From Euryarchaeota archaeon UBA443 (lineage in GTDB: Archaea; Thermoplasmatota; Poseidoniia; Poseidoniales; Poseidoniaceae): a DNA stretch of 64,000 nucleotides. Position numbers and translations under genes: made by a program. The stretch is taken from the NCBI GenBank assembly GCA_002499195.1, contig DAKS01000022.1:2097-66096 (forward strand). Direction: 5' to 3'. Shown here one piece after another: positions 27,723 to 36,263 of the stretch (positions are counted from its first letter, which is position 1; each line of letters opens with the position of its first letter). The notes under the pieces were generated by a model. The model saw only the letters and a program-made list of their open reading frames with translations, did not search any database and was not told where the DNA came from.

Positions 27723-29164
27723 ATGTACTGAACTTTATCGATGGAGTCTTTGTTGATGCTATTGATGAACAAACCATCTCCAATATCAATCCCGCTACAG
27801 GTCAAATAATCGGGACTCTAGCTCGCTCGAAGGGATTAGATGTTGAGTCCGCGGTAGAAGCAGCCTTGAATGCACAACAGGATTGGTCTGCTTTGAGTAT
27901 GCTTGAACGTGCAGATTGGCTTGACCGTATTGCAGATGGACTTGAAGCGAGAAAAGAAGAACTTGCACAACGGGAATCCAGAGACACCGGTAAGCCACTG
28001 GCATTAGCCCGTCGTGTTGATGCACAACGTTCGATTGATAATTTCAGATTCTTCGCTGATTTTGCTCGAAAACGAGAGCCTGAAGTGTTTGAAATGACTG
28101 ATGCAACCAATGTTGTACATCGAAATCCGATTGGAACTGTAGGATTGATTACACCTTGGAATCTTCCGCTCTATTTGCTGAGTTGGAAGGTTGCACCTGC
28201 CTTATTGATGGGTAATACGATCGTTGCTAAACCGAGTGAACTCACGCCCTTGACAGCGAATCTTTTGTGTGAAGTAACTTCTGAAATTGGACTTCCTTCG
28301 GGTGTTCTCAACATTGTTCACGGCTATGGTCCAGAGGTTGGACAAGCGATACTTGAGCATCCTGATATTCGTGCTATATCCTTCACAGGCGGTACTGAGA
28401 CAGGACGTCACGTCGCAGCAACTGCAGCGCCGATGTTCAAGAAACTCTCATTGGAGTTAGGCGGTAAAAATGCGACCATCATCCTTGATGACGCTGATAT
28501 TGATATGGCAGTTGAAGGAGCAGTTCGAGCAGGATTTACCAATGGAGGTCAAGTTTGTCTATGTGGCTCTAGAATTCTTGTTCATACATCCATAGCTGAC
28601 GAATTCACATCTAGACTTGTCGAAGCGGTTGAGGCAATGGTATGTGGCGCCCCTGAAAATGAATCCACACAAATCGGTGCACTCATCAGTCAAGATCACA
28701 TGCACAAAGTGGAATCTTACATTCAACTTGGAATCGAGGAGGGAGGAACAATTCTCACTGGAGGTACCCGTGAGATGACCGGACAAGTTGGACCTACTTC
28801 AGAGGGAGCATTCTTGAGACCTACCGTCATCGACGGACTTGATCACAATTCCCGCACCTCAACCGAGGAAATCTTTGGTCCTGTTGTAACCATCCATCGA
28901 TTTGAGTACGATGAAGAAGCGATTGAAATTGCAAATTCAACCGAATATGGACTAGCTGGTTCTGTATGGTCGGGCGACACAAATCGAGCGCACGAAATCG
29001 CACAGAGGATTGAAACTGGAATCATCTGGGTTAATACTTGGTTACACCGTGATTTGAGGACACCATTTGGAGGAGTCAAGAACTCAGGAGTGGGCCGAGA
29101 AGGTGGTGCATGGAGCCTAGGATTCTTTTCCGAACCACTGAATGTTTGCATCAAACACGATTGA
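27719..29164 (+). CDS. NAD-dependent aldehyde dehydrogenase, 2-hydroxy/2-aminomuconate-semialdehyde dehydrogenase-like
   Basis: ALDH motifs FTGGTETG, ELGGKNA and catalytic Cys in GGQVCLCGSRILV. RSIDNFRFFADFA resembles the XylG/DmpC/AmnC subgroup. The ATG at 27719 forms an ATGA overlap with the upstream stop. Confidence 0.75.
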   Translation: MNVLNFIDGVFVDAIDEQTISNINPATGQIIGTLARSKGLDVESAVEAALNAQQDWSALSMLERADWLDRIADGLEARKEELAQRESRDTGKPLALARRVDAQRSIDNFRFFADFARKREPEVFEMTDATNVVHRNPIGTVGLITPWNLPLYLLSWKVAPALLMGNTIVAKPSELTPLTANLLCEVTSEIGLPSGVLNIVHGYGPEVGQAILEHPDIRAISFTGGTETGRHVAATAAPMFKKLSLELGGKNATIILDDADIDMAVEGAVRAGFTNGGQVCLCGSRILVHTSIADEFTSRLVEAVEAMVCGAPENESTQIGALISQDHMHKVESYIQLGIEEGGTILTGGTREMTGQVGPTSEGAFLRPTVIDGLDHNSRTSTEEIFGPVVTIHRFEYDEEAIEIANSTEYGLAGSVWSGDTNRAHEIAQRIETGIIWVNTWLHRDLRTPFGGVKNSGVGREGGAWSLGFFSEPLNVCIKHD

Positions 29165-29219
29165 TTTCGGTAGCGAGCCTTTGAAATGTTGAATTCAATC
29201 GGAAGCATGAGGCAGAACA

Positions 29220-30041
29220 ATGTCGGTTCACAGTAAGGCGACGAAAGTAACCACGCATACGCTTCAAGAAATGAAGCGAGTCAATGAGCCCATTACAATG
29301 CTGACAGCCTACGATTATTCTCTAGCACGCCTTGTCGATGCTGCTGGTGTGGATGTAATCCTTGTTGGTGATTCAGCCTCCAATGTTATGGCAGGTCAAG
29401 TAACGACCGTGCCCATGACGCTCGACCATATGATCTACCACGCTCAGTGTGTCCAGCGTGCTGTTGATAGAGCACTTATCGTCGTCGATATGCCGTTTGG
29501 AACCTATCAAGGAAATTCAAGGCAGGCTCTTGAAAGTGCAATTCGAATTATGAAAGAAGCGGAAGGCCATGCTGTCAAACTCGAGGGTGGTTCGGAGATT
29601 GTTGAATCGATTGAGCGAATTTTGACAGCAGGAATCCCAGTCATGGGCCATCTTGGTCTTACTCCACAAAGCATCTACAAGTTTGGTACATATACAGTAC
29701 GAGCGAAAGAAGATGAAGAGGCAGAGAAGTTGATTGCTGATGCAAAACTCTTGGAAGCAGCTGGATGTTTTGCTATCGTTCTCGAGAAGATTCCAAAGGA
29801 ATTGGCTCAGCGTGTACAGGGCGAATTGAACATTCCAGTAATTGGTATAGGTGCAGGGCCACATTGTGATGGACAGGTTTTGGTCTTGCATGATCTTCTT
29901 GGAATCACTATGGATTTCTCACCACGATTCCTCCGACGTTACCTCAATCTTGCAGAGGAGATTGATGGTGCAATTCGTTCATACTGTGAAGATGTCCGAT
30001 CCGGTGACTTCCCGAACGAATCCGAATCCTATACGTCTTAG
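29220..30041 (+). CDS. panB: 3-methyl-2-oxobutanoate hydroxymethyltransferase
   Basis: Motifs: [51 protein letters not shown]. Confidence 0.9.
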   Translation: MSVHSKATKVTTHTLQEMKRVNEPITMLTAYDYSLARLVDAAGVDVILVGDSASNVMAGQVTTVPMTLDHMIYHAQCVQRAVDRALIVVDMPFGTYQGNSRQALESAIRIMKEAEGHAVKLEGGSEIVESIERILTAGIPVMGHLGLTPQSIYKFGTYTVRAKEDEEAEKLIADAKLLEAAGCFAIVLEKIPKELAQRVQGELNIPVIGIGAGPHCDGQVLVLHDLLGITMDFSPRFLRRYLNLAEEIDGAIRSYCEDVRSGDFPNESESYTS

Positions 30042-30532
30042 AAATAAATGAAGACAAGGACACCGCCACCAAAACCGCCGATGTTGACGGCCATTCCATG
30101 CCATAGTCCGTATCGGAATGGTGGAAACTCGAATTGAAGCCAGTATGAACTAATGAATAGCCATGCTATGGCTGGAATAAATCCTCCCAAATAAAGGGAA
30201 GAAGTACCAAACATCCAGACTAATGATAGGATACATGCAGTAACTGCAAAACCCATCGCATATTCCCCTGCTCGCCTCATTTCCATTCCAACGAGTTGCT
30301 TGTAGATCAAAGGTGATGCAATGAGATACATGGCAAATGCACCGTGAACTGGATTCGGTACGAATGAATCAATTCGGGGCATGACGGTGAGTTGCCATAT
30401 GGCTCCAAATATCATTCCGATAAATAGAGGAGCCATCATATGTCGAAGCATATCTGAGAAGATTTCGCTTCCTGAAACAGATGCATCATCTGTTGCATCG
30501 GATGAAATCACTTCCGTATCACCCTCCGACAT
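30038..30532 (-). CDS. hypothetical membrane protein (about 4 TM helices)
   Basis: 164-aa ORF with an acidic N-terminus followed by hydrophobic helices. Its 3' end overlaps panB by 4 nt. Confidence 0.45.
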   Translation of the reverse strand: MSEGDTEVISSDATDDASVSGSEIFSDMLRHMMAPLFIGMIFGAIWQLTVMPRIDSFVPNPVHGAFAMYLIASPLIYKQLVGMEMRRAGEYAMGFAVTACILSLVWMFGTSSLYLGGFIPAIAWLFISSYWLQFEFPPFRYGLWHGMAVNIGGFGGGVLVFIYF

Positions 30533-30613
30533 ACCTCATGCTCAATATCTTCTCGTTTGAGTTTTAGCCTTATCCTGCGATGCATCCATATGCGACCTAT
30601 GTTTCGTTGGAAC

Positions 30614-31510
30614 ATGGCCAAAGGTTCGATTGTTGCAGGCTGTCTTGCACCACACCCTCCTCACCTTGTCTATGCAGAAAATCCACCACAAAATGAACCG
30701 ACTTCAGAAGGTGGGTGGGAACAACTTCGATGGGGCTATGAGCGACTGCGTGAATCGCTTTCAAAGGTTGATCACGATGTATTGGTCATTCTTTCACCGC
30801 ATTGGCAAACCTACGTCGGCACTCATTTCCTCGGCCTTCCAAACTTTGAGGATCTCTCGGTTGACCCTATTTTTCCAAACCTGTTTCGATACTCCTATAA
30901 TCTCGATATCGATGTGGAATTGAGTAAAGCCATCCATGACAAGGCAGCAGATGCTGGACTTGCAGTGAAGATGATGGAAAATCCCGATTTCCGTGTTGAT
31001 TACGGAACCATCACAACTGGACATATGGTCAATCCTGCATTTGACAAACCCCTGGTGGTTATTTCTTCGAATAGATCGAGACATTACTACTCTGTCGAAG
31101 TCATGCAAGAGATGATGATGGAACTCGGCCGTGCAACCCGTGCTGCTATTCTTGAAAGTGGGAAAAAGGCCGTTGTACTTGCATCCAATTCCCTTTCACA
31201 TCGCCATTTTACGACCGAATCTGATGTTCCTGAAGACATGAGTAAAGAGCACATTACGAGCCATGCAATGCATCTTTGGGACATGCGAATCATCGACTAT
31301 ATGCGAACTGGTCAGGCGCAGCGAATCATCGATGAAATGCCAGAATTCACTGAGCAGGCGATTGCTGAATCGGATGGTGGTGGACTGACTTGGCTTCTCA
31401 GTACGCTAACAGTTCCATCGTATCCTGCTATTCTTCATGGATATGGGACCATTATTGGAACTGGTAACGCGATTGTAGAGTGGCCTTGTTATCTACACGA
31501 GGAGGTCTGA
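30614..31510 (+). CDS. class III (LigB-type) extradiol ring-cleavage dioxygenase, catalytic subunit (AmnB-like)
   Basis: CLAPHPPHLV, ILSPHWQ and ASNSLSHRHF retain the His residues expected at metal and catalytic positions. The ATG at 30614 (MAKGSIVAG) is preferred over ORF start 30557. Confidence 0.7.
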   Translation: MAKGSIVAGCLAPHPPHLVYAENPPQNEPTSEGGWEQLRWGYERLRESLSKVDHDVLVILSPHWQTYVGTHFLGLPNFEDLSVDPIFPNLFRYSYNLDIDVELSKAIHDKAADAGLAVKMMENPDFRVDYGTITTGHMVNPAFDKPLVVISSNRSRHYYSVEVMQEMMMELGRATRAAILESGKKAVVLASNSLSHRHFTTESDVPEDMSKEHITSHAMHLWDMRIIDYMRTGQAQRIIDEMPEFTEQAIAESDGGGLTWLLSTLTVPSYPAILHGYGTIIGTGNAIVEWPCYLHEEV

Positions 31511-31512
31511 AC

Positions 31513-32907
31513 ATGAGCAATCCAATCCTCGCCTCTTACGTTGTTCCAGTTCATCCACATCCATTATTGGTTCCCGAGCAAAATGAGGGATGGCAACGGC
31601 TTCGTAATGCATTTGATGAAGCCCGTGAACAAATCGCTCAAAGCGATGCAGATTTGATGATTATTTATTCAACGACATGGCCGAGTATTATCGGGCATCA
31701 GATTCAAGCCGATCCAAATCCAACATGGACGCTTGTCGATCATGACTTTCATGATTTGGGTTCAATGGATTACTCGTTCCGAATCGATGCTGATTTTGCT
31801 GAAGCTTGGAACGAAGCCAATCATGCCCGTGGCTTGCAAAGTCGAACGGTTGCCTACAACGGCTTTCCAATCGATGTTGGTTCGGTTGTGGCATTGAAAT
31901 TACTCAATCCTGACAATGCGATTCCGGCGGTTATCGTCTCATCAAATGTTTATGCAAATCGTGCTGAAACAACAGTTCTTGCAAAAGCCTGCCTAGATGT
32001 TCTTGGATCGACCGGAAAGAAGGCTGTTGCTGTGACTGCAATGTCAATGTCGAATCGAATGTTCACCGAATTTATCGATGCTGCTGATGACAAAATACAC
32101 TCGCTAAAGGATGATGAATGGAATCGTAAGGTGCTTGAATTCCTTGAAGAAGGACGGCTCGAAGATGTTGCTCAACTTTCTCGAACCATCCACCAACAAA
32201 TACGCGTACAGAAAGTTGTGACATTCAAACCTATGTGGTGGCTCTCGGCTATGAACGATAATCGAAATGATCTGACGGGCCGAGTTCTCGCCTACGAAGC
32301 CTTGCATGGCGCTGGTGGTGCTGTGGTTCATCTCGATCCAACATCCAATGGAATGGGTGACAAAGAATACGACGAAGACGATGTCGAAGTCTACCATGGT
32401 GAACGAAATGTTCTCGATGCAGAAGATTCTGATGAGGACAATCCTAAGCCTTCATCGGACAATGGGCCTGCACTATGGGATCCTGTGGAAGGTAAGGGTG
32501 CCGTGAATACAGATTCCGCTCCCAAACCAGTAGGATTGTATCCACATGCTCGACGTGTTGGAGATCTTCTCTACCTCTCGGGTGTAGGGCCTCGTCAACC
32601 TGGAACGAATGCTATTCCTGGTGGGCCAATACGTGATGGAAATGGCCAACCGCTTGAATACGATATCAAAGCCCAAACACGGGCAGTTGTAGAGAATATT
32701 GCTAGAATCCTTGAGGAAGCAGGCTCTTCAATGGACAAAGTGGTTGATGTGACATCGTTCCTTGTCGATATGGATAGAGACTTTGGTGGATACAATGAGG
32801 TTTGGGCTGAAACACTCGGTCATTATGGACCAACACGGACGACACTGGCAATTCGTGCACTTCCTACACCAATCGCTGTAGAGATGAAAGTCATCGCTAA
32901 AATATAG
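31513..32907 (+). CDS. fusion: non-catalytic LigB-type subunit (AmnA-like) + C-terminal RidA/YjgF-type deaminase domain (AmnD-like)
   Basis: The LigB-like N-terminus is VPVHPHPLL, but IYSTTWPS and AMSMSNRMF replace the SPHW and SHRHF blocks. An acidic linker follows. The RidA-like block is APKPVGLYPHARRVGDLLYLSGVGP...TSFLVDM...RTTLAIRALP. GGAGG precedes the ATG at 31513. Confidence 0.7.
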   Translation: MSNPILASYVVPVHPHPLLVPEQNEGWQRLRNAFDEAREQIAQSDADLMIIYSTTWPSIIGHQIQADPNPTWTLVDHDFHDLGSMDYSFRIDADFAEAWNEANHARGLQSRTVAYNGFPIDVGSVVALKLLNPDNAIPAVIVSSNVYANRAETTVLAKACLDVLGSTGKKAVAVTAMSMSNRMFTEFIDAADDKIHSLKDDEWNRKVLEFLEEGRLEDVAQLSRTIHQQIRVQKVVTFKPMWWLSAMNDNRNDLTGRVLAYEALHGAGGAVVHLDPTSNGMGDKEYDEDDVEVYHGERNVLDAEDSDEDNPKPSSDNGPALWDPVEGKGAVNTDSAPKPVGLYPHARRVGDLLYLSGVGPRQPGTNAIPGGPIRDGNGQPLEYDIKAQTRAVVENIARILEEAGSSMDKVVDVTSFLVDMDRDFGGYNEVWAETLGHYGPTRTTLAIRALPTPIAVEMKVIAKI

Positions 32908-33017
32908 TTTCCAGATTTTGGCGACTTGTATCCTCAAAATATGCAAGAGAATATATCCTTTATTTGTTTGAAGGGACTTACAGGCCTAGTTGCTGTCGGA
33001 TATCGGGGGATGTTTTC

Positions 33018-34637
33018 ATGGTATTTTCAAGGTTTGACTCAATCATCGATAAGGGGGCTGAGAGGCTTAGAAATACTCTCATACGGACAGTCGGGCTTGC
33101 AGGAGTCGTAATCATCTCACTTTCTGCAATGCTACCTGGTATCTTCGTCACGCCTACGTTCGCTGCAGAAATCATGGGTCCAGGTATCTGGCTTGCATTC
33201 CTTGTAGCTGCAACGATTGTTCTTCCTGCAGCATTATCTAAATCGGAATTGGCATCAGGTATGCCATCTAGTGGAGGTACTTACGTCTACATCGAAAGAA
33301 CGTATGGTCCGCTGGTTGGAACCATTAGTGGATTGGGTCTTTGGGCCTCATTCCTTCTGAAATCAGCGTTCGCATTGATCGGTTTTTCTGCATATTTTGT
33401 CGTCGTCACTACTTATTTTGATGTGGAAATGGAAATGATGGTCCTTTCGATGAGTGCTTTGGTTCTGATTACCATCGTTAACATTCTTGGTGTTAAGAAG
33501 GTCAAGGCGATACAAATGCCGGTTGTTATTTTGACGGTTGGTTTGTTGTTGTTCATTTGTGCGGCAGCATTTTTTGTTGATGATTTTGATGCTGAACGCC
33601 CTTTCAATTCAGCATTTGATACGGATATATGGACGCTTGCGGAAGCATCAGCGTTCGTCTTTGTAGCATATGCAGGAGTAACCAAAGTTGCTGCGATCGG
33701 CGGAGAGGTCAAAGATCCTGAAAAGAATCTGCCAACAGGAATTCTCCTCTCCTTACTCATCGCCACTATCTTGTACGTAATGCTTGCATTTTTGATGATG
33801 GCAGCAGTTCCAGGTGAATGGTGGATTGACGAGAGCGGAAACGTTGTCGAGAATCCAATCTTTGTCTTCGCTCATGAGGTTGCAGGAACTAAATTTGGTA
33901 TCCTCGCAGCCATGTTATCTGTCCTTACAATGATTTCAATGGCTCTAGCAGGCATTTTAGCATCGTCTCGGTTTTTGTTTGCAATGGCTCAAGACAACCT
34001 TTTGCCTCAGGCACTTGAAGATGTCAATCCGAAATTTGCAACACCGCACTGGCCAATTCTCATTACCGGTGTTGCGATGGGTATGGCCATCTTTTTCGTA
34101 CCGCTCAAAGATGTTGTAAAGTTGGCATCTGGATTCAAAATTATGATTTTCATAATGGTTAACACATGTGTAATCGTCCTTCGGCAAACAAGCCAACAAC
34201 ATGGCTGGAATCCTTCATACAAAGGACCACTATATCCATTCATGCAGATATGGGGAATTGTCGCTGGTGCTTTCCTCATCAGTTTCATCGGTTCAAAAGC
34301 TCTTGTCGGTGCCATTGCTGCAATCATCTCTGGACTTATGACATACTACCTCTATGGGAAAAAGCATGCCACGTTCAATCAAACACCGATTCAAACCTTC
34401 CGTAAATCATTCAAGAATCCTACGCAATACGAACATGAACGTCGATTGACTGCATTCAGAGCCGCGGATCGAGGTGGGAGAAACCAACTGAATTTGAGAG
34501 AATTTCAGAATGCATTACGGGCACTTGGTTTCGTCTACACTTCGGACGAGTCGCGAGTTATTTTCCATGAAGCGGACAAGGATGAGAATGGAGTCATCGA
34601 TATTGATGAATTCTTAATGGCCTTTGAAGAAGAGTGA
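33018..34637 (+). CDS. APC-superfamily amino acid permease with C-terminal cytoplasmic EF-hand pair
   Basis: About 12 hydrophobic helices and SGMPSSGGTYVYIERTYG (APC-type GG motif). The C-terminus carries the canonical EF loop DKDENGVIDIDE (34575..34610), preceded by a degenerate loop DRGGRNQLNLRE. ORF start is 32964; the ATG at 33018 is preferred. Confidence 0.75.
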   Translation: MVFSRFDSIIDKGAERLRNTLIRTVGLAGVVIISLSAMLPGIFVTPTFAAEIMGPGIWLAFLVAATIVLPAALSKSELASGMPSSGGTYVYIERTYGPLVGTISGLGLWASFLLKSAFALIGFSAYFVVVTTYFDVEMEMMVLSMSALVLITIVNILGVKKVKAIQMPVVILTVGLLLFICAAAFFVDDFDAERPFNSAFDTDIWTLAEASAFVFVAYAGVTKVAAIGGEVKDPEKNLPTGILLSLLIATILYVMLAFLMMAAVPGEWWIDESGNVVENPIFVFAHEVAGTKFGILAAMLSVLTMISMALAGILASSRFLFAMAQDNLLPQALEDVNPKFATPHWPILITGVAMGMAIFFVPLKDVVKLASGFKIMIFIMVNTCVIVLRQTSQQHGWNPSYKGPLYPFMQIWGIVAGAFLISFIGSKALVGAIAAIISGLMTYYLYGKKHATFNQTPIQTFRKSFKNPTQYEHERRLTAFRAADRGGRNQLNLREFQNALRALGFVYTSDESRVIFHEADKDENGVIDIDEFLMAFEEE

Positions 34638-34655
34638 ATACATTACGTGGATTAC

Positions 34656-35489
34656 TCAAATACTTCTTAGCCTTCCACCATCAACCGGTAATGAAACACC
34701 ACGGATTGCTCCTGCAGCGGGTGAAGATAGGAATGCGATTACCGAGGCGGTTTCGAGTGGATCGATCAATCGTTCAATTGGAACTTGGCTCATCCAACCA
34801 TCATGGATTGATTCAATTGATTGACCCGTTCTTTGATGAATTGATTGAGCAAGACTTCCCAATCGCTCAGTATCGGTAAAACCCGGTAGAACGTTATTGA
34901 TGGTGATGCATGGATGCAATTCTCTTGAGAGTGATTTTGCCCAAGATGCCATCGCTCCGCGGAGGGTGTTGGAAACACCCAAGTTTGGAATTGGCTCACG
35001 CACACTGGTCGAAACGATTTGGATAATGCGCCCATAGTTTGCCATTATCATACCCGGAGTGAGTAATTTCACCAATGTATGTGCTGCGTGAAGATGTCTC
35101 GTAAACGGCTGAGCGAGCTCTTCTACGGTTGCATTCAATAAAGGTCCACCAGGTGGCCCTCCTGCATTGTTGACAAGAATGTGAATTGGGCCTTGGTCGA
35201 GGAATGGTTGAATGCATTCTGCGATCGATTCTGTTTCCTCCAAGTCCATGACCAATGCTTGATGTTGCCCGTTACCAAGTATTGGTAGTTCTTCTAGCAA
35301 CGATTTTAGTTGATCCTCGCTTCGTGAAGCGACTATTACGTTTGCACCCGCCTTAGCCATAATTCGTGCGGTTGCTGCACCAATTCCTCGACTTGCACCG
35401 CATATTAGTGCAGTCTTTCCTTCAAGTGCATTTGATTGAAGAACGGCTTGCTCGCCTAGGAGGTCCATGCTTGCTCGAGGGGCCCCCAT
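34656..35489 (-). CDS. short-chain dehydrogenase/reductase (SDR) family oxidoreductase
   Basis: TALICGASRGIGAATA (TGxxxGIG), NNAG, and PG in NNVLPGFTDT. Confidence 0.8.
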   Translation of the reverse strand: MGAPRASMDLLGEQAVLQSNALEGKTALICGASRGIGAATARIMAKAGANVIVASRSEDQLKSLLEELPILGNGQHQALVMDLEETESIAECIQPFLDQGPIHILVNNAGGPPGGPLLNATVEELAQPFTRHLHAAHTLVKLLTPGMIMANYGRIIQIVSTSVREPIPNLGVSNTLRGAMASWAKSLSRELHPCITINNVLPGFTDTERLGSLAQSIHQRTGQSIESIHDGWMSQVPIERLIDPLETASVIAFLSSPAAGAIRGVSLPVDGGRLRSI

Positions 35490-35506
35490 ATCTTAGTGGT
35501 TCGCTC

Positions 35507-36262
35507 TCATAGCCAATCCAAAATAGCATCTTGTTGCACCAACCAATCATCGCTTGCAGCATCGATGATGCTGTAGTGATCACCAGGTAGCCATACTTTC
35601 TGTACATCACAACCTTTTGCCTTCATTGCTCGTGCATACGTTTCACTCTGCTCTAAAGGTACGTCGACATCTCGCTCACCATGAATCAATAGGACTGGGG
35701 ATTGTGGTGGCAAATCCATTGGATTGACTTTTTTCCATAGCTCTTCATTGTCATATGGAGTGCAACCAATCCACTTGCGGATGGCATCTCCGTCATCACT
35801 GAGTTTAGTATCATCAGCTCCAAACAAGTCCGTAATGGGTGCTTGTGCGATGGCTAACCAAGGTTTTCTTTCTGCTTTACTGGCCATGAGAAGTGCGAGA
35901 TGACCACCGGCTGAATGACCCATTACCATGCTTCTAGTAATGTCAATACCCGGTAGTAGAGCGAGCTGTCCCCAAGCGCGAAGAACGTCGGAAAGTGTAT
36001 CCATCCAAACACCTTCATCCCCGTCTTCCCATCTTCTAAATTCAATGTTCCAACTTGCAACTCCTGCATCGCTCAAAGCGTTTGCAATGGGTTGCATAAG
36101 TTCAGAAGTGTACTCTTTTTTCCAAAACCCTCCATGGATCAACATGATACATGGAACACCGTGATCGTTTTGAAAGGGTGATGGTTCATCAGGCATGTGC
36201 AAATCTGCATACTGCCATGATTCTGCGCCCCATTGCATTCTATCGATGGGCATGATGGCCAA
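35507..36262 (-). CDS. alpha/beta hydrolase (esterase / arylformamidase-like, HGGxW type)
   Basis: Oxyanion block MLIHGGFWKKEY, nucleophile elbow GHSAGGHLA, LLIHGERDVDVP, LPGDHYS. Confidence 0.65.
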   Translation of the reverse strand: MAIMPIDRMQWGAESWQYADLHMPDEPSPFQNDHGVPCIMLIHGGFWKKEYTSELMQPIANALSDAGVASWNIEFRRWEDGDEGVWMDTLSDVLRAWGQLALLPGIDITRSMVMGHSAGGHLALLMASKAERKPWLAIAQAPITDLFGADDTKLSDDGDAIRKWIGCTPYDNEELWKKVNPMDLPPQSPVLLIHGERDVDVPLEQSETYARAMKAKGCDVQKVWLPGDHYSIIDAASDDWLVQQDAILDWL

Positions 36263-36263
36263 C

